A DNA stretch of 64,000 nucleotides from an uncultured Phycisphaerales bacterium (GCA_963758525.1 CAVWVQ010000003.1:160001-224000), one strand, 5' to 3'; numbered from the stretch's first letter, positions 9,812 through 24,268 are shown. Numbers and translations are program-made. The notes: generated from the sequence alone by a model not told the origin.

Positions 9812-10162
9812 ATGGACACTCAGTTCACGGTTGAGCGGATCGAGCGCGTGACCGCCATCACCTTTGTGACCGAATCACTGATGAATCAATCGGAATTGGA
9901 GCGTATCGGCCAGGCGATCGAGAGCCAGGTGGACGACGGCGCGCGATCCATGGTTCTCGATTTTTCCAACGTGAAGTTTCTCTCCAGCCTCGGGATTCGC
10001 ATGATCCTGTCGCTGCAGCAGAAGCTGAAGAAAGCCGGCGGCAAGGGTCTGTGCGTCTGCGGCATTTCCCCGTCACTGGCCGATTTGCTGAAGATCACCC
10101 GGCTCGACAAGGTGCTCAAGGTCGGCAAGTCACGAGCCGAGGCGATCAAGCTGGCGCAGTGA
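9812..10162 (+). CDS. STAS-domain anti-sigma-factor antagonist
   Basis: MVLDFSNVKFLSSLGI...LKITRLDKVL. Confidence 0.9.
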   Translation: MDTQFTVERIERVTAITFVTESLMNQSELERIGQAIESQVDDGARSMVLDFSNVKFLSSLGIRMILSLQQKLKKAGGKGLCVCGISPSLADLLKITRLDKVLKVGKSRAEAIKLAQ

Positions 10163-10230
10163 TGGCTTCTGATTGCAATGTGGCTTCTGATTGCAATGGT
10201 GCCCGCTGACTTTGCGGAGTACCATCTCCG

Positions 10231-10692
10231 ATGGAGGCACACCTTATGCGCAGCATCTTCACGCTCGGCGGGCTCCTGATCACCGTTGCGGTCATCATGT
10301 ACGCGTTCACGAAGTACGAGATTCCCGTCGCCCAGCGCGGCCAGGACGCACGCAAGGATGCCGAGCAGATTTCCGGCCGCGACGGGGACGGAACGCCGGT
10401 GGCCGATACCATGTCTCTCGAAGGCCACTCCACCAACGGCAAGCTGGACTCAATTCATGTAAAGGACATCGCCGTCGGCGGGGCGATGCAGCGCTATTAC
10501 GGGTTGCAGAAGGACGATCAAATCGTTGAGATCGGCGAGATAGCCGTGAAAGATTACAACGACGCTGACCTGGCGATTTCACTGGTGCAACAGGCGTATC
10601 AGGAGAAAAAGCCACTCGTCGTATTGCGCGACGGTCAGCGAACGGTGCTGGCGGGAAATGCCGCTGGCACGCCCGGCGTCACCGTCCCGTGA
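10231..10692 (+). CDS. Membrane-anchored PDZ-like protein (start may be 10246)
   Basis: N-terminal TM; GLQKDDQIVEIG...LVVLRDG PDZ-like motif. Confidence 0.65.
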   Translation: MEAHLMRSIFTLGGLLITVAVIMYAFTKYEIPVAQRGQDARKDAEQISGRDGDGTPVADTMSLEGHSTNGKLDSIHVKDIAVGGAMQRYYGLQKDDQIVEIGEIAVKDYNDADLAISLVQQAYQEKKPLVVLRDGQRTVLAGNAAGTPGVTVP

Positions 10693-10934
10693 GGAAGCGT
10701 GAGAAGATTCTTTGACATGCAGCAGTCGACTATCCAGGTGCAGCCCGGAGCTCAGCGGCTGCGCTCGTGGGATAGCACTGCGTCGGACGCCGATTCTGCT
10801 GGCTACCGGGCGCCGGTTGGTGTATGATCCTTTTGGTAAGTTCGACGACTGAGCTCTCATCGGCGTGTCGCCACGTCATTTGACGCCGCCCTCCTCCCTC
10901 GCCCTTCCTACCGCCGATTTGCAGGTGATCCACG

Positions 10935-11240
10935 ATGAGCATTTATCGCCTTTACGTTCAAAACGGCAATAACGCCGGCTTCTGGATTCAACATCGGAGC
11001 TGGCAGAACAAGTGCGCACAGGTGGAAAGCATCGCCGGGATTCGGAAAGGTCCGCTGCCGGGCAGCGCGCCCACGCATGATGGCTCGGGCGTCCTCGTGC
11101 GATTTTTCGACGTGCGCAGCGGGCGTCCGGTTGGCGCAAGCGCTTTGGCCGATCGACCCGAAGACCGGGGCTACGTGTCGATTGCCGACCCGCCCTGGTA
11201 CACCCGCCCGGTTCAGCAAGAAGTCGCCGCAGAAGGGTAA
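10935..11240 (+). CDS. Hypothetical protein
   Basis: AGGTGA upstream of ATG; plausible protein composition. Confidence 0.6.
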   Translation: MSIYRLYVQNGNNAGFWIQHRSWQNKCAQVESIAGIRKGPLPGSAPTHDGSGVLVRFFDVRSGRPVGASALADRPEDRGYVSIADPPWYTRPVQQEVAAEG

Positions 11241-11264
11241 ACCATTTTTCCCTCCGTCCTTCCT

Positions 11265-11975
11265 TCACTTCGTGCCTTGGTGCCTTGGTGCCTTGGTGCC
11301 TTCCCCATCCCCTTCCCGCACGGCCGCGACGAAAGCTTCGATCTTCTCCGGCGACTTCTGCCGGCGCAATTCTTCCACTCCGCTGCTGACATCCACCGCG
11401 TACGGCCGCAGAGCGCGGACGATGCCGCCGACGCTTTGCGGCGTGAGCCCGCCGGCGGCGATCAGCGGCGGCAGGCCGTCGAAGAGCCTTGCGGATTGTG
11501 CTTTCAGCACGGTCTCCCAGTCATTCGCCAGCCCGGTGCCGCCGGGCTCCGGAGTGTTGCCGGTCTCCAATAGGAGACCGCGCAGGTTATCCAGTTCGCG
11601 AGTCGGGATTTCTCGTTTCCACATGGCCAGCGCATCCGCGAAGGTCGATTTTTCGACCTTCACCGCCTTGAGGACGACCAAGGGCTTCACACGCGCGACC
11701 AGTTCCGGGACTTCTTGGCCATGCAGTTGCACGGTGCCGATTCCCAGTGTTCGCGCAGTGTCGAGAATTCCATCGACCGATGCGTCAACAAACAGCGCAA
11801 CTGCCGTCACAAAGGGAGGAAGAACGCGCAAGATCGCCCGCGCCTGATCGATGGAGACGCTGCGCGGCGATGGCGAATGGAATACCATGCCGATCGCATC
11901 GGCGCCGCACTGAACGGCCCAGGCGGCGTCTTCAGGTCGGCAGATGCCGCAAATTTTGATCCGGGTGCGTCGCAT
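11265..11975 (-). CDS. trpF: Phosphoribosylanthranilate isomerase
   Basis: RIKICGI, GADAIGMVF, VQLHG, AGGLTP, PYAVDVSSGVE; last residues are repeat-encoded (GTKAPRH). Confidence 0.95.
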   Translation of the reverse strand: MRRTRIKICGICRPEDAAWAVQCGADAIGMVFHSPSPRSVSIDQARAILRVLPPFVTAVALFVDASVDGILDTARTLGIGTVQLHGQEVPELVARVKPLVVLKAVKVEKSTFADALAMWKREIPTRELDNLRGLLLETGNTPEPGGTGLANDWETVLKAQSARLFDGLPPLIAAGGLTPQSVGGIVRALRPYAVDVSSGVEELRRQKSPEKIEAFVAAVREGDGEGTKAPRHQGTK

Positions 11976-12022
11976 GAGGCCGTCCGCTAAGATAACGCCA
12001 TCTTTAGCGGAGAGGCAATCCT

Positions 12023-13522
12023 ATGGCGGCGAAGAGCTATCTGGCGTTTGATCTGGGTGCCGAAAGCGGCAGGGCGGTATTGGGAACGCTCGAGAACGGA
12101 AAGCTCTCGCTCGAAGTCAAACATCGCTTTGCCAATCCGATTGGTCGCCTGGGGGGCCATCTCTACTGGAATTTGCTTTCTCAATGGGAGGAACTCAAGA
12201 CCGGTTTGCGGAATGTTGCGGGCGTGAAACTCGACGGCATCGGCGTCGACACCTGGGGCGTGGATTTCGCCCTGCTCGGCGCGGACGGGTCGGTTCTCGG
12301 TAATCCGTTTCACTACCGCGATACGCGGACTGACGGCGCAATGGAACGCGCGTTTGCGATCGTGCCGCGCGAAAAAATCTTCGACGCCACCGGCGTGCAG
12401 TTCATGCAGATCAATTCGCTCTATCAACTCCTGGCGACCGATCCCACCCTCCTGGCCGCGGGGAAGACGCTGCTGTTCATTCCAGATCTGTTCAACTATC
12501 TCTTTACCGGCGTGGCAAAGAGCGAATTTTCGATCGCGTCGACGAGCCAGATGTACGACCCTCGCAAAAAGAAGTGGGCAACCGAGTTGCTGGAGAAGCT
12601 TGGCATCCCCAGCCACTTGCTCGCGGAAATTGTCCCGTCGGGAACGGTTTTGGGTCCGTTGCTGAAGGAAATTGCCGCCGAGTGCGGAACGCAGGGAACG
12701 CCGCCGGTGATCGCGCCGGCGTGCCACGACACCGCCAGCGCGGTCGCGGCAGTTCCCGCGGAGGGAAGGGATTGGTGTTACATCAGCTCCGGCACCTGGT
12801 CGTTGATGGGCGTCGAGCTCGACGAGCCGGTGATCAACGAAAAAACGCTGCGATACAACTACACCAACGAAGGGGGCGTTGGGGGAACAATCCGCTTTCT
12901 CCGCAACATCATGGGCCTCTGGCTGGTGCAGGAATGCCGGCGGCATTGGGTCAAGGAGGGCTATGACCACAGCTACGGCGAATTAACCGAGATGGCATCG
13001 CGCGCGAAGGGCCATCTGGCGCTGCTGGATCTGAGCTATCCGCCGCTGGCGTTTCCCGACGACATGCCGAAAAAGATCGAGCGCTATTGCCGCGAGACGC
13101 ACCAGACCGTTCCGCAATCCCGCGGCGAGATCATTCGCGTCTGTCTCGACGGTCTGGCCCTGAGCTACCGCCGGACGCTCGAAGGTCTCGAGGACGTGCT
13201 GGGCCGGAAGATCGCGACGATTCACATGGTCGGCGGCGGCGTGCAGAACCAGTTGCTCAATCAGATGACTGCCGACGCATGCAACCGCCCGGTCGTCGCC
13301 GGCCCTGTTGAAGCAACCGCGATCGGCAACGTCCTCGTGCAGGCGATCGCCACCGGCGACGTAAAGTCGCTGGCCGAAGCGCGGGGAATCGTGCGCGAGA
13401 GCTTCGAAGTGAAACGCTTCGAGCCGCGCGAGTCTGCAACATGGGATCGAGCCTATGCCAGACACATGGAGATCGTCGCCCGGCACGAAGAAGAGAGGCG
13501 CCAGCCCCAGGGAAATTACTAA
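12023..13522 (+). CDS. rhaB: Rhamnulokinase family FGGY sugar kinase
   Basis: FDLGAESGR, GVDTWGVDF, HDTASAV, ISSGTWSL, TNEGG, NIMGLWLVQECRR. Confidence 0.9.
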   Translation: MAAKSYLAFDLGAESGRAVLGTLENGKLSLEVKHRFANPIGRLGGHLYWNLLSQWEELKTGLRNVAGVKLDGIGVDTWGVDFALLGADGSVLGNPFHYRDTRTDGAMERAFAIVPREKIFDATGVQFMQINSLYQLLATDPTLLAAGKTLLFIPDLFNYLFTGVAKSEFSIASTSQMYDPRKKKWATELLEKLGIPSHLLAEIVPSGTVLGPLLKEIAAECGTQGTPPVIAPACHDTASAVAAVPAEGRDWCYISSGTWSLMGVELDEPVINEKTLRYNYTNEGGVGGTIRFLRNIMGLWLVQECRRHWVKEGYDHSYGELTEMASRAKGHLALLDLSYPPLAFPDDMPKKIERYCRETHQTVPQSRGEIIRVCLDGLALSYRRTLEGLEDVLGRKIATIHMVGGGVQNQLLNQMTADACNRPVVAGPVEATAIGNVLVQAIATGDVKSLAEARGIVRESFEVKRFEPRESATWDRAYARHMEIVARHEEERRQPQGNY

Positions 13523-13525
13523 GGA

Positions 13526-13830
13526 AGGCACGAGGCACGGAGGGTGAGGAAGTAAGAAGGGGGAACAAAGGCACGAAGGCACGGAGGCACGAAGGCACGA
13601 AGGCACGAGGCACGGAGGGTGAGGAAGTAAGAGACGGGAAGTAGGAAAAGACCGATGAACAGAAGCACTCCTCACAAAATCCCCTTCCTTCCCTTCGTGC
13701 CTTCGTGCCTCCGTGCCTTCGTGCCTTCGCGCCTTCTTTTGTGTCCCCCTTCCTTCCCTTCGTGCCTTCGTGCCTCCGTGCCTTCGTGCCTTCTTCTCTG
13801 CCCCCCTTCCCTCCCTCCGTGCCTTTCTCA
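13526..13830. repeat. Inverted arrangement of octamer tracts (GGCACGAA)n ... (TTCGTGCC)n
   Basis: Purine-rich tract 13526-13632 with an internal duplication of about 33 nt faces a pyrimidine-rich complementary tract at 13690-13830. Confidence 0.85.
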
Positions 13831-13835
13831 TTCCC

Positions 13836-14784
13836 ATGAAAATTGATTGCCACGTCCACATCTCCGCCTGCACGCCCGGCCATGGATCGATGTCGCAGCG
13901 GCTGCTCAAAAGCCTTCCGTTTCGCTTCATGCGCTGGCGGCTCGGGATCGAGGGGAACGACGAGAAATCTGAACGCCGGCTCGAATCGCTGCTTGCCCAG
14001 ACCATCGATCAGACACGCGAGCTCGACGCGGCGGTGGTGCTTGCGTTCGATGCGGTGCACGATCGCGACGGCCGGCTCGATGAAGCTAACACGCATCTGT
14101 ACGTCACCAACGACTATGTCATCGAACTGGCTCAGCGCCATCCGAAGATGCTTTTTGGCGCGTCGGTGCATCCGTATCGCAAGGACGCGGTGACGGAAAT
14201 CGAACGCTGCGTCGCGGCGGGCGCGGTCCTGCTCAAATGGCTGCCGATCGTGCAGAATTTCAACCCGGCAGATGAACGCTGCTTCCCGTTCTACGACGCG
14301 TTGGCACATCACCAATTGCCGCTCTTGAGTCACACTGGCGGCGAGAAGACGCTGCCGCGGCTCGACGAATCGGTAGCCGACCCGATGCTGCTCGTCCCGG
14401 CACTCGAGCGCGGAGTGACGGTGATTGCCGCGCATTGCGGCACACGCTCCTGGTGGGGCGAGCCGGATTATCTCCCTCAATTCATCCGCCTCGCGCGAGC
14501 ACGAGCACCTGTACGGCGACACCGCCGCGCTCAATGTGCCGTCGCGGTGGTACGCATGGGAGACATTGCTGAAGGATGCGGTCGTGCGGAACAAGCTCGT
14601 TCACGGCAGCGATTGGCCGATCATCTCACTGCCCCGGACGAACACGCTCGGGCTCGGCAAGTCGATCACGATGATGCGGGAGAAGAACTGGATGCGGCGC
14701 GACGTTTTAATCAAGCAGCAATTGGGCCTCGATGACGCATATTGGAATCGTGCCGCGAACGTGCTGCGGCTGCCGAACGCTTGA
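13836..14784 (+). CDS. Amidohydrolase_2 family metallohydrolase (frameshift near 14495)
   Basis: IDCHVH, GASVHPY, LSHTGGE, IAAHCG; continues in another frame as LYGDTAAL...HGSDWP. Confidence 0.85.
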
Positions 14785-15201
14785 AGGATGCGATCCGCGT
14801 CGCTTCAATAAATACGTTGCGCCCGACCGCAATTCGCATCAGCCCGCTTCTTCGGGGCGTGCCCGAAAATCCGGAAGCTCAGTATCCGCCCTACCGCGGC
14901 CAAGAACTAGCATCAGGTTGTTGCAATTCGTCAATTTGCCGTCTTACTGCACGGCGGATGTCAGCAACATCCGCGCCCTGATAGGGAGAACCCGAGAACC
15001 ATTACTGGCGCGAGGGGACCAGAGGCGTTCTCCACCAACAAAAGTTACACCTTCGTGAGGCGTGGCACTCAATTCCCGCTTTTCCGCTCCGGGAGAGAGA
15101 GCTGGGTGAGGAAACGACCCATTCCGCCGGCCTATCATCCTTCTACGGCAACGCGATCTTGACGGGGCGGCCGGTCCCGCGAGAATAATCGCACGTCTGG
15201 C

Positions 15202-15510
15202 GTGCAAATGACCTCGAACAGTCGACGAATCATGGCGGTGATGGTGGTGACGGCGGCGCTGTGCGCCGATCAGGTCGTGGTCGCTGCGCCAACATCCCCC
15301 CAGCCGACTGAATTTGGCAGCATCGCGCAACGCCTGGTCGGGAGACTGGCGGAAAACTTCCGCAATGTCATCCCGGCGACGCGCTGCTGGGCCGCGCGCA
15401 GGACGGTGGGTCAGATCGCACTGCCGGATTCGATCGGCGCGGCCCAAACCTTGACTGCCCGTCGACAGACGTCTCCCTTCCAGTTTCGGCTGCCTCCGCC
15501 GACGCTCTGA
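15202..15510 (+). CDS. secA upstream ORF; putative secretion-monitor (arrest) peptide
   Basis: Signal-peptide-like N-terminus (RRIMAVMVVTAALCA); C-terminal QFRLPPPTL; ends 104 nt before secA; start is GTG 15202 or ATG 15208. Confidence 0.7.
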   Translation: MQMTSNSRRIMAVMVVTAALCADQVVVAAPTSPQPTEFGSIAQRLVGRLAENFRNVIPATRCWAARRTVGQIALPDSIGAAQTLTARRQTSPFQFRLPPPTL

Positions 15511-15614
15511 CTCCCAATCCCGGGGCCGACCGGCTCTCTGAGCCGGAGCTGCGCCGCCCCTGTCGGTTCTGATTTCCCGTCTTTCTATTGGCATTTTGGT
15601 ATTGGAGTCGCGTC
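15501..15614 (+). promoter_or_regulatory. Predicted RNA stem sequestering the secA Shine-Dalgarno
   Basis: gacgc-tct-gactcccaat (15501-15518) pairs with attggagtcgcgtc (15601-15614); inner hairpin ccggctc/gagccgg. Confidence 0.6.
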
Positions 15615-19574
<3,960 letters not shown>

Positions 19575-19678
19575 GGCGCGGCATCCTCAGCGCGTGCCTC
19601 GCACTCGATCGCACTCGCCAGCGCGAACTGCATTTTTGAGCATACCGCCTGCCGGCATTGAATGATTGAGGAGCGATC

Positions 19679-19924
19679 ATGATGGCTTTTACAAAACAAG
19701 AAAAGGAAATCGTGGACCGGTTCCAGCAGTTGCCGCCGGAGCGGCAGCGGCATGTCATGCTCCTCATGTTTCGGACTGACACCGACCGTTGGCGGCGATA
19801 TCAGCAGGACGGCGAACAGCAGCTACGCAGGCTGGCAGCCGAACGCGGACAGGATTGGGACAAGCTGGATGACGAACAACGGCAGGACCTGGTGAGCGAT
19901 CTGCTTCATGAGGATCGTCCATGA
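19679..19924 (+). CDS. Small protein, probable antitoxin
   Basis: GAGGAG SD; overlaps (ATGA) the downstream PIN gene. Confidence 0.6.
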   Translation: MMAFTKQEKEIVDRFQQLPPERQRHVMLLMFRTDTDRWRRYQQDGEQQLRRLAAERGQDWDKLDDEQRQDLVSDLLHEDRP

Positions 19925-20352
19925 AGCTCGTGGTCGTATTCGACACGAGCGTTCTGTTCTCTGCGATCGGCTGGAGCGGGAAACCAAGCCAATGCGTTTA
20001 GTTGGCCCGCGACGGCCGTATCGAAGGCGTGACTTGCACGGAAATTCTGGATGAATTGGCTGACAAGCTTTCCATCAAACTCGCGTTCAGCAACCAGCAG
20101 CTCATTGAGGTCATAGGTTCACTGCAGATCTTCCTGAAACCGGTTGCAATCACCGGACAAATGACCGGTCTTTGCGCTGATCCGAAGGACGACATGGTTC
20201 TGGAATGTGCGCTGGTTGCGGGAGCGACCCATGTGGTGAGCAGCGACAAGAAGCATCTGTTGACTCTTCAGCAATTTCGTGGAATCGGTATCGTCTCCCC
20301 CGCGCAACTTATTGGACTAGTTACCGCGTTCGCGCCGCCAGCAGGCACGTGA
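19921..20352 (+). pseudogene. PIN-domain toxin with an in-frame TAG at 19999-20001
   Basis: MKLVVVFDTSVLFSA...QCV*LARDG...DPKDDMVLECA...VVSSDKKHLL. Confidence 0.8.
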
Positions 20353-20417
20353 ATCAGACCTTGTCTTCAGCGGCACGTCCGAAACTCCGATAACGAGCGT
20401 AGCTGTCCCTGGCTCGC

Positions 20418-21580
20418 ATGCTTGCGCTCAATCACCGTCAATTTTTTCCGATTGGCATCGACATCAGTTTCGATGTCGTGCGCATGGTGCAGCTCTGCCG
20501 CCATCCGCGCGGCGGACTGACGATTGGCGCGCGCTGCGCCGGCCGATCGTGGCGGCTGACAGCGCTTCCGCACGCGTTCGCGCGGCGGCGGAGGCGATTG
20601 CCGGCGTGCTGTCGATGGGTGAGTTCCATGGCCGCCGATCCGTCGTCTCGCTTCCCTCGGAAATGATTCATACGCGGACGGCGCGCCTGGCTGCCGTTCC
20701 CGCGAGCGACGCGGCGATCCCCGATGCACTTCGCGATGCTTTCGACATCGATCTCGCTTCGGCGACGGTCCGGCTGATCCATGCCGGCAGCGTGCGGCAT
20801 TCGCTGCCCGAAGGAGAGGAAGTGATCGCGCTGGCCGTGCGCAACGACGATCTCAACGAGTTCACCCAGCAGATTCACGACCGGGGTGTGCGTCCGATAT
20901 CGATGGAGATCCGCGCCCTCGCGCTGCACCGCGCGGCGCTGCGCTGCAGCGATGACGCCCCCGCGACGGCGCTGCTCGAGGTGGGCGGCGACTGGGCGCG
21001 GCTTCTGATCGCCCGGGACAGAAACGTCAGTTTTCTCAGGAGCATTCCCGTCAGCACCGCGGAGCTCACCAGTTCCCTGGCCAAGATGCTGTCGATCAGC
21101 CTTGATGAAGCCGGTGAGCTTCGCCGGCGAACGCTCAGCAGCAGCGCAAGCGTTCCGGAAGATCGCAATGATCCGGTGCGGCGGGCCGTCGCTGACGCCG
21201 GGCGGGCGCAGATGGAACTGCTTGCCTCGGAGGTTGCGCGATGTCTGCGCTATAACGCCGTCACGTTCCGCGGACGCCAGCCTGCGTCGCTGCTGCTGTG
21301 CGGGCCTGAGGCTCACGATCCGCAGCTCCATTCGCTGCTTTCCGCGCGCACCGGACTGGCGGTGACGCTGATGGACCCGTTTCGAAACATCGACACGACC
21401 GTGATGCGCGCCGCGGATCGCACCGGCAACCGCTCGGAATGGGGAGTTGCGCTGGGTTTGGCGCTGAAGAAGGTCGATCGCCACAGCAGTGCCGCCGCGC
21501 CATCCGCGGGCGTGCCCTTGGCCGAAACTCACGCCGCGGACGGGCCCGAGCCCCGGACAACGGAGGCTTCCGTTGCCTGA
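20418..21580 (+). CDS. pilM: PilM-like pilus assembly protein (frameshift near 20545)
   Basis: PIGIDISFDVVRMVQL N-terminus; LLEVGG, FLRSIP, ELLASEVARCLRY, WGVALGLALK. Confidence 0.75.
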
Positions 21581-22163
21581 CCTGGAATTCATTCCCGCGT
21601 GGTATCCGAAGCTGCAGCGCCAGGAACGCACCTTCTGCGGTTACATCGTCCTGACGCTCGCCGTCGTCGGCTATATCTGCTGGTGCTGCAATTTCACGCA
21701 CGTCCAATTGGCGTCCGCCGCGGCGGAGGCTTGGGCGCTGGACGCACAATTGAAGGCGGAAGACGCGACCACCCTGGACCCGGCCAAAGCCGCGGCGCAG
21801 GTCAGTCAACTGCTCAATGCGGCCCAGGGCATCGCAGAAATCCGCGGCCGAACCCCGCTTTCCCGCGATGTGGCTTCGATCACGGAAACCGTTCCGCCTG
21901 GAGTGCTGCTCACCGAGCTCACAGTGGAACCTTCAGATGCATCGGCTTCGTCCACGCAACCAGCGAAAGACGAACTTCTTGTCCATCTTCGCGGCCGGGC
22001 GCCGCGGGTTGCGGATGTCGCCAACTGCCAGGCGGCGATCAGCCGGCTGCGCTGCGTCACGCAATTGCGGCTCTCCGCCGCCCGCGATCTGCCGGGGCCT
22101 GGGAATGTGTCGCGCGAATTTGAAATGACCTTCGTGCTTGGCGCAGCCGGGGGAGGCAAATGA
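21573..22163 (+). CDS. pilN: PilN-like protein
   Basis: GGAGG + TTG (MPDLEFIPAWY); single TM; PPGVLLTEL...HLRGRA...REFEM. Confidence 0.65.
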   Translation: MPDLEFIPAWYPKLQRQERTFCGYIVLTLAVVGYICWCCNFTHVQLASAAAEAWALDAQLKAEDATTLDPAKAAAQVSQLLNAAQGIAEIRGRTPLSRDVASITETVPPGVLLTELTVEPSDASASSTQPAKDELLVHLRGRAPRVADVANCQAAISRLRCVTQLRLSAARDLPGPGNVSREFEMTFVLGAAGGGK

Positions 22164-22711
22164 AGATGGTGCAACTGGTTCGCCACCTTCAGCGTTTAAA
22201 CCGGGCGCAGAAGCTCCTGGGCGCCGCGGCACTGCTGGCGGCGGTTTCGATGTGCACGTTCGACCTGCGAACGTCGGCGCGTCAGGCCGCTTTTCTCGAC
22301 GCTCACGCAACTGATACCCGCGCCGACTGGGAAACAAGGCGATCCCGCAGCGCTGCCGCGCGCACAGCGCTCGATGAAGCTTCGCGCATTCATTCCACAA
22401 TCCGAAACATGGCTCCCGACATCAGTCAGGATCTGCTTGCCTCGGAGCTGACCGCTCTGGCTCGCAGCACCGGCGTCCGACGGCTCTCGGTTCAAAACTC
22501 ACTGGCAGGCAGCTTTCATTCGCTGAGCGACTGCCCGGTTGTCCTCGATTTCCAGGGCGATCTTCCCACGGTCATGCGATTCCTGCGCGACGCCGAGGCC
22601 GGCCCGCGTCCAGCGCGGCTGCAGAGCGTCAAGATGAAGGCGATCGACGCCAGGCAATCGCAGTTCGAGGTGCAGGCATCGCTCGATTTTTATGGATCGG
22701 TCGCGCCGTGA
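22160..22711 (+). CDS. PilO/GspM-like protein
   Basis: Single TM, coiled region, PVVLDFQGDLPTVMRFLRDAE; follows pilMN. Confidence 0.65.
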   Translation: MKMVQLVRHLQRLNRAQKLLGAAALLAAVSMCTFDLRTSARQAAFLDAHATDTRADWETRRSRSAAARTALDEASRIHSTIRNMAPDISQDLLASELTALARSTGVRRLSVQNSLAGSFHSLSDCPVVLDFQGDLPTVMRFLRDAEAGPRPARLQSVKMKAIDARQSQFEVQASLDFYGSVAP

Positions 22712-24248
22712 AGGGCAGGACAAGTCGATCGACGCGCGGACCGATGAATGCTGGACAGTTGTCTTCCGGAGGGAAGATGAAAGCGAGTTGGGTGTGGGCC
22801 GTACCAAGTTGGTCTTCGCCGGTTCGCTCGCCTCGCTGGCGAGCGGCGTCTTCGCGCTGACCTGGGCGGCGCTCCATTCGGACGGCACAGTCGCGGCTTC
22901 GCACGCGCAACTGGCCGGCGCGCTCTGCTGCCTGGTTTCGGCGATCTGCGGAGTCGCGATGATGGCGATCCTGCGCCGGGACTGCGATCGGCTCACCACG
23001 CGCCTCCGCCAGACCGACGCGCCCCTGCACAGCGCCGCCCTATCGATCCCGCAAGGGGGCTTCTCGTTTCTCCAGCGCGCTCTCTGTGAACTGGCCGAGT
23101 CCGCCGAGAGGGCCGTCAATGACGCCGCATTTCGCACCAAAGAGCTGGAAGTGCAGCTCAAAGTCGCCACCGCGGAGCGGCAACATGCCGAAGCGATTAT
23201 TTACAGCATTTCCGATGCGGTGCTGGTCACGGATGCGTTCGACGAGCTTGTGCTGGCCAACGAGTCGGCGGCGCGAACGTTCGGCTTCGAGCTGCGCGGC
23301 TGCTCTCGCAAGCCGCTCGACCAGGTGCTGCATGATCCGGCGATCATTGGCATGATCCGCCACGCGCGCCAGAGCAACAGCGGCGCTCTGCGCCGCGTGA
23401 TCGAGCACTCGCTCCGCACCAGCGCCGGCGAGCGCACGTTCAAGGTGACGCTGTCGTCCATCGCCGGCCCCAGGACGCTGGACGGAACCGACGGGGCGGC
23501 GGCGCCCGCCGGCGTCGTCGCCGTTCTCCACGACATGACCCGCGAGAAGGAAGTCGCGGAGATGAAAAACGATTTCGTCTCGATGGTCAGCCACGAGCTG
23601 CGCACGCCGCTGGCGAGCATCAAGGCGTATGTGGAAATGCTCATCGATGGAGAAGCCCGCGACGCCAAGGCGCAGCGCGAGTTCTATGAGGTGATCCAGA
23701 ACGAATCCAACCGTCTGGGTCGGCTGATCGACAACATCCTGAGCATCGCCCGCATCGAGTCGGGCCTGGTGCGGGTGACGCGCCAGCCGCAGAGCCTGAC
23801 GGTCATCCTGAAAGACGCGATTGAAGTGATTGCGCCCCAGGCCAGGCAGAAACAGATCACGCTCACCGAAAAGCTCACGCCGGTTTTTTATCAGACGTCC
23901 GCCGACCGCGACATGCTCCATCAGGCGGTTCTGAATCTCCTGTCCAACGCCGTGAAATACACGCCCGTCAACGGGTCGATTTCCGCCGAGGTGGACGTGG
24001 ATGAGGCTGCCCGGAAGGTGATCGTCCGGATAATCGACACCGGAGTGGGGATTCCGCCGAAGGACGTGCCGTTTGTGTTCGATAAGTTCTTCAGGGCCGA
24101 AGCCAACAACGGGATGGCTTCGGGCACCGGGCTTGGGCTCTCGCTGGTCAGGCACATCATCGAAACCGTGCATCACGGCCGAATGCTGCTGGAGAGCCAG
24201 GTGGGCAAAGGCAGCATGTTTGGCTTCGAGCTGGATTTGTGTGAATAG
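22692..24248 (+). CDS. Membrane PAS-HisKA-HATPase sensor histidine kinase
   Basis: SISDAVLVTD (PAS), VSHELRTPL, NLLSNAVKYT, DTGVGI, GTGLGL; exact start uncertain. Confidence 0.93.
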   Translation: MDRSRREGQDKSIDARTDECWTVVFRREDESELGVGRTKLVFAGSLASLASGVFALTWAALHSDGTVAASHAQLAGALCCLVSAICGVAMMAILRRDCDRLTTRLRQTDAPLHSAALSIPQGGFSFLQRALCELAESAERAVNDAAFRTKELEVQLKVATAERQHAEAIIYSISDAVLVTDAFDELVLANESAARTFGFELRGCSRKPLDQVLHDPAIIGMIRHARQSNSGALRRVIEHSLRTSAGERTFKVTLSSIAGPRTLDGTDGAAAPAGVVAVLHDMTREKEVAEMKNDFVSMVSHELRTPLASIKAYVEMLIDGEARDAKAQREFYEVIQNESNRLGRLIDNILSIARIESGLVRVTRQPQSLTVILKDAIEVIAPQARQKQITLTEKLTPVFYQTSADRDMLHQAVLNLLSNAVKYTPVNGSISAEVDVDEAARKVIVRIIDTGVGIPPKDVPFVFDKFFRAEANNGMASGTGLGLSLVRHIIETVHHGRMLLESQVGKGSMFGFELDLCE

Positions 24249-24268
24249 CAACTGTTTGCGGAGATACG

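Noticed and set aside
10163..10198. 18-bp tandem duplication tggcttctgattgcaatg as an operator
   Set aside because: Only two copies directly after a stop codon; simple slippage duplication is a sufficient explanation.
13526..13830. CRISPR array
   Set aside because: Repeats are 7-8-nt tandem units with no 25-40-nt repeat and unique-spacer periodicity; no cas genes in the window.
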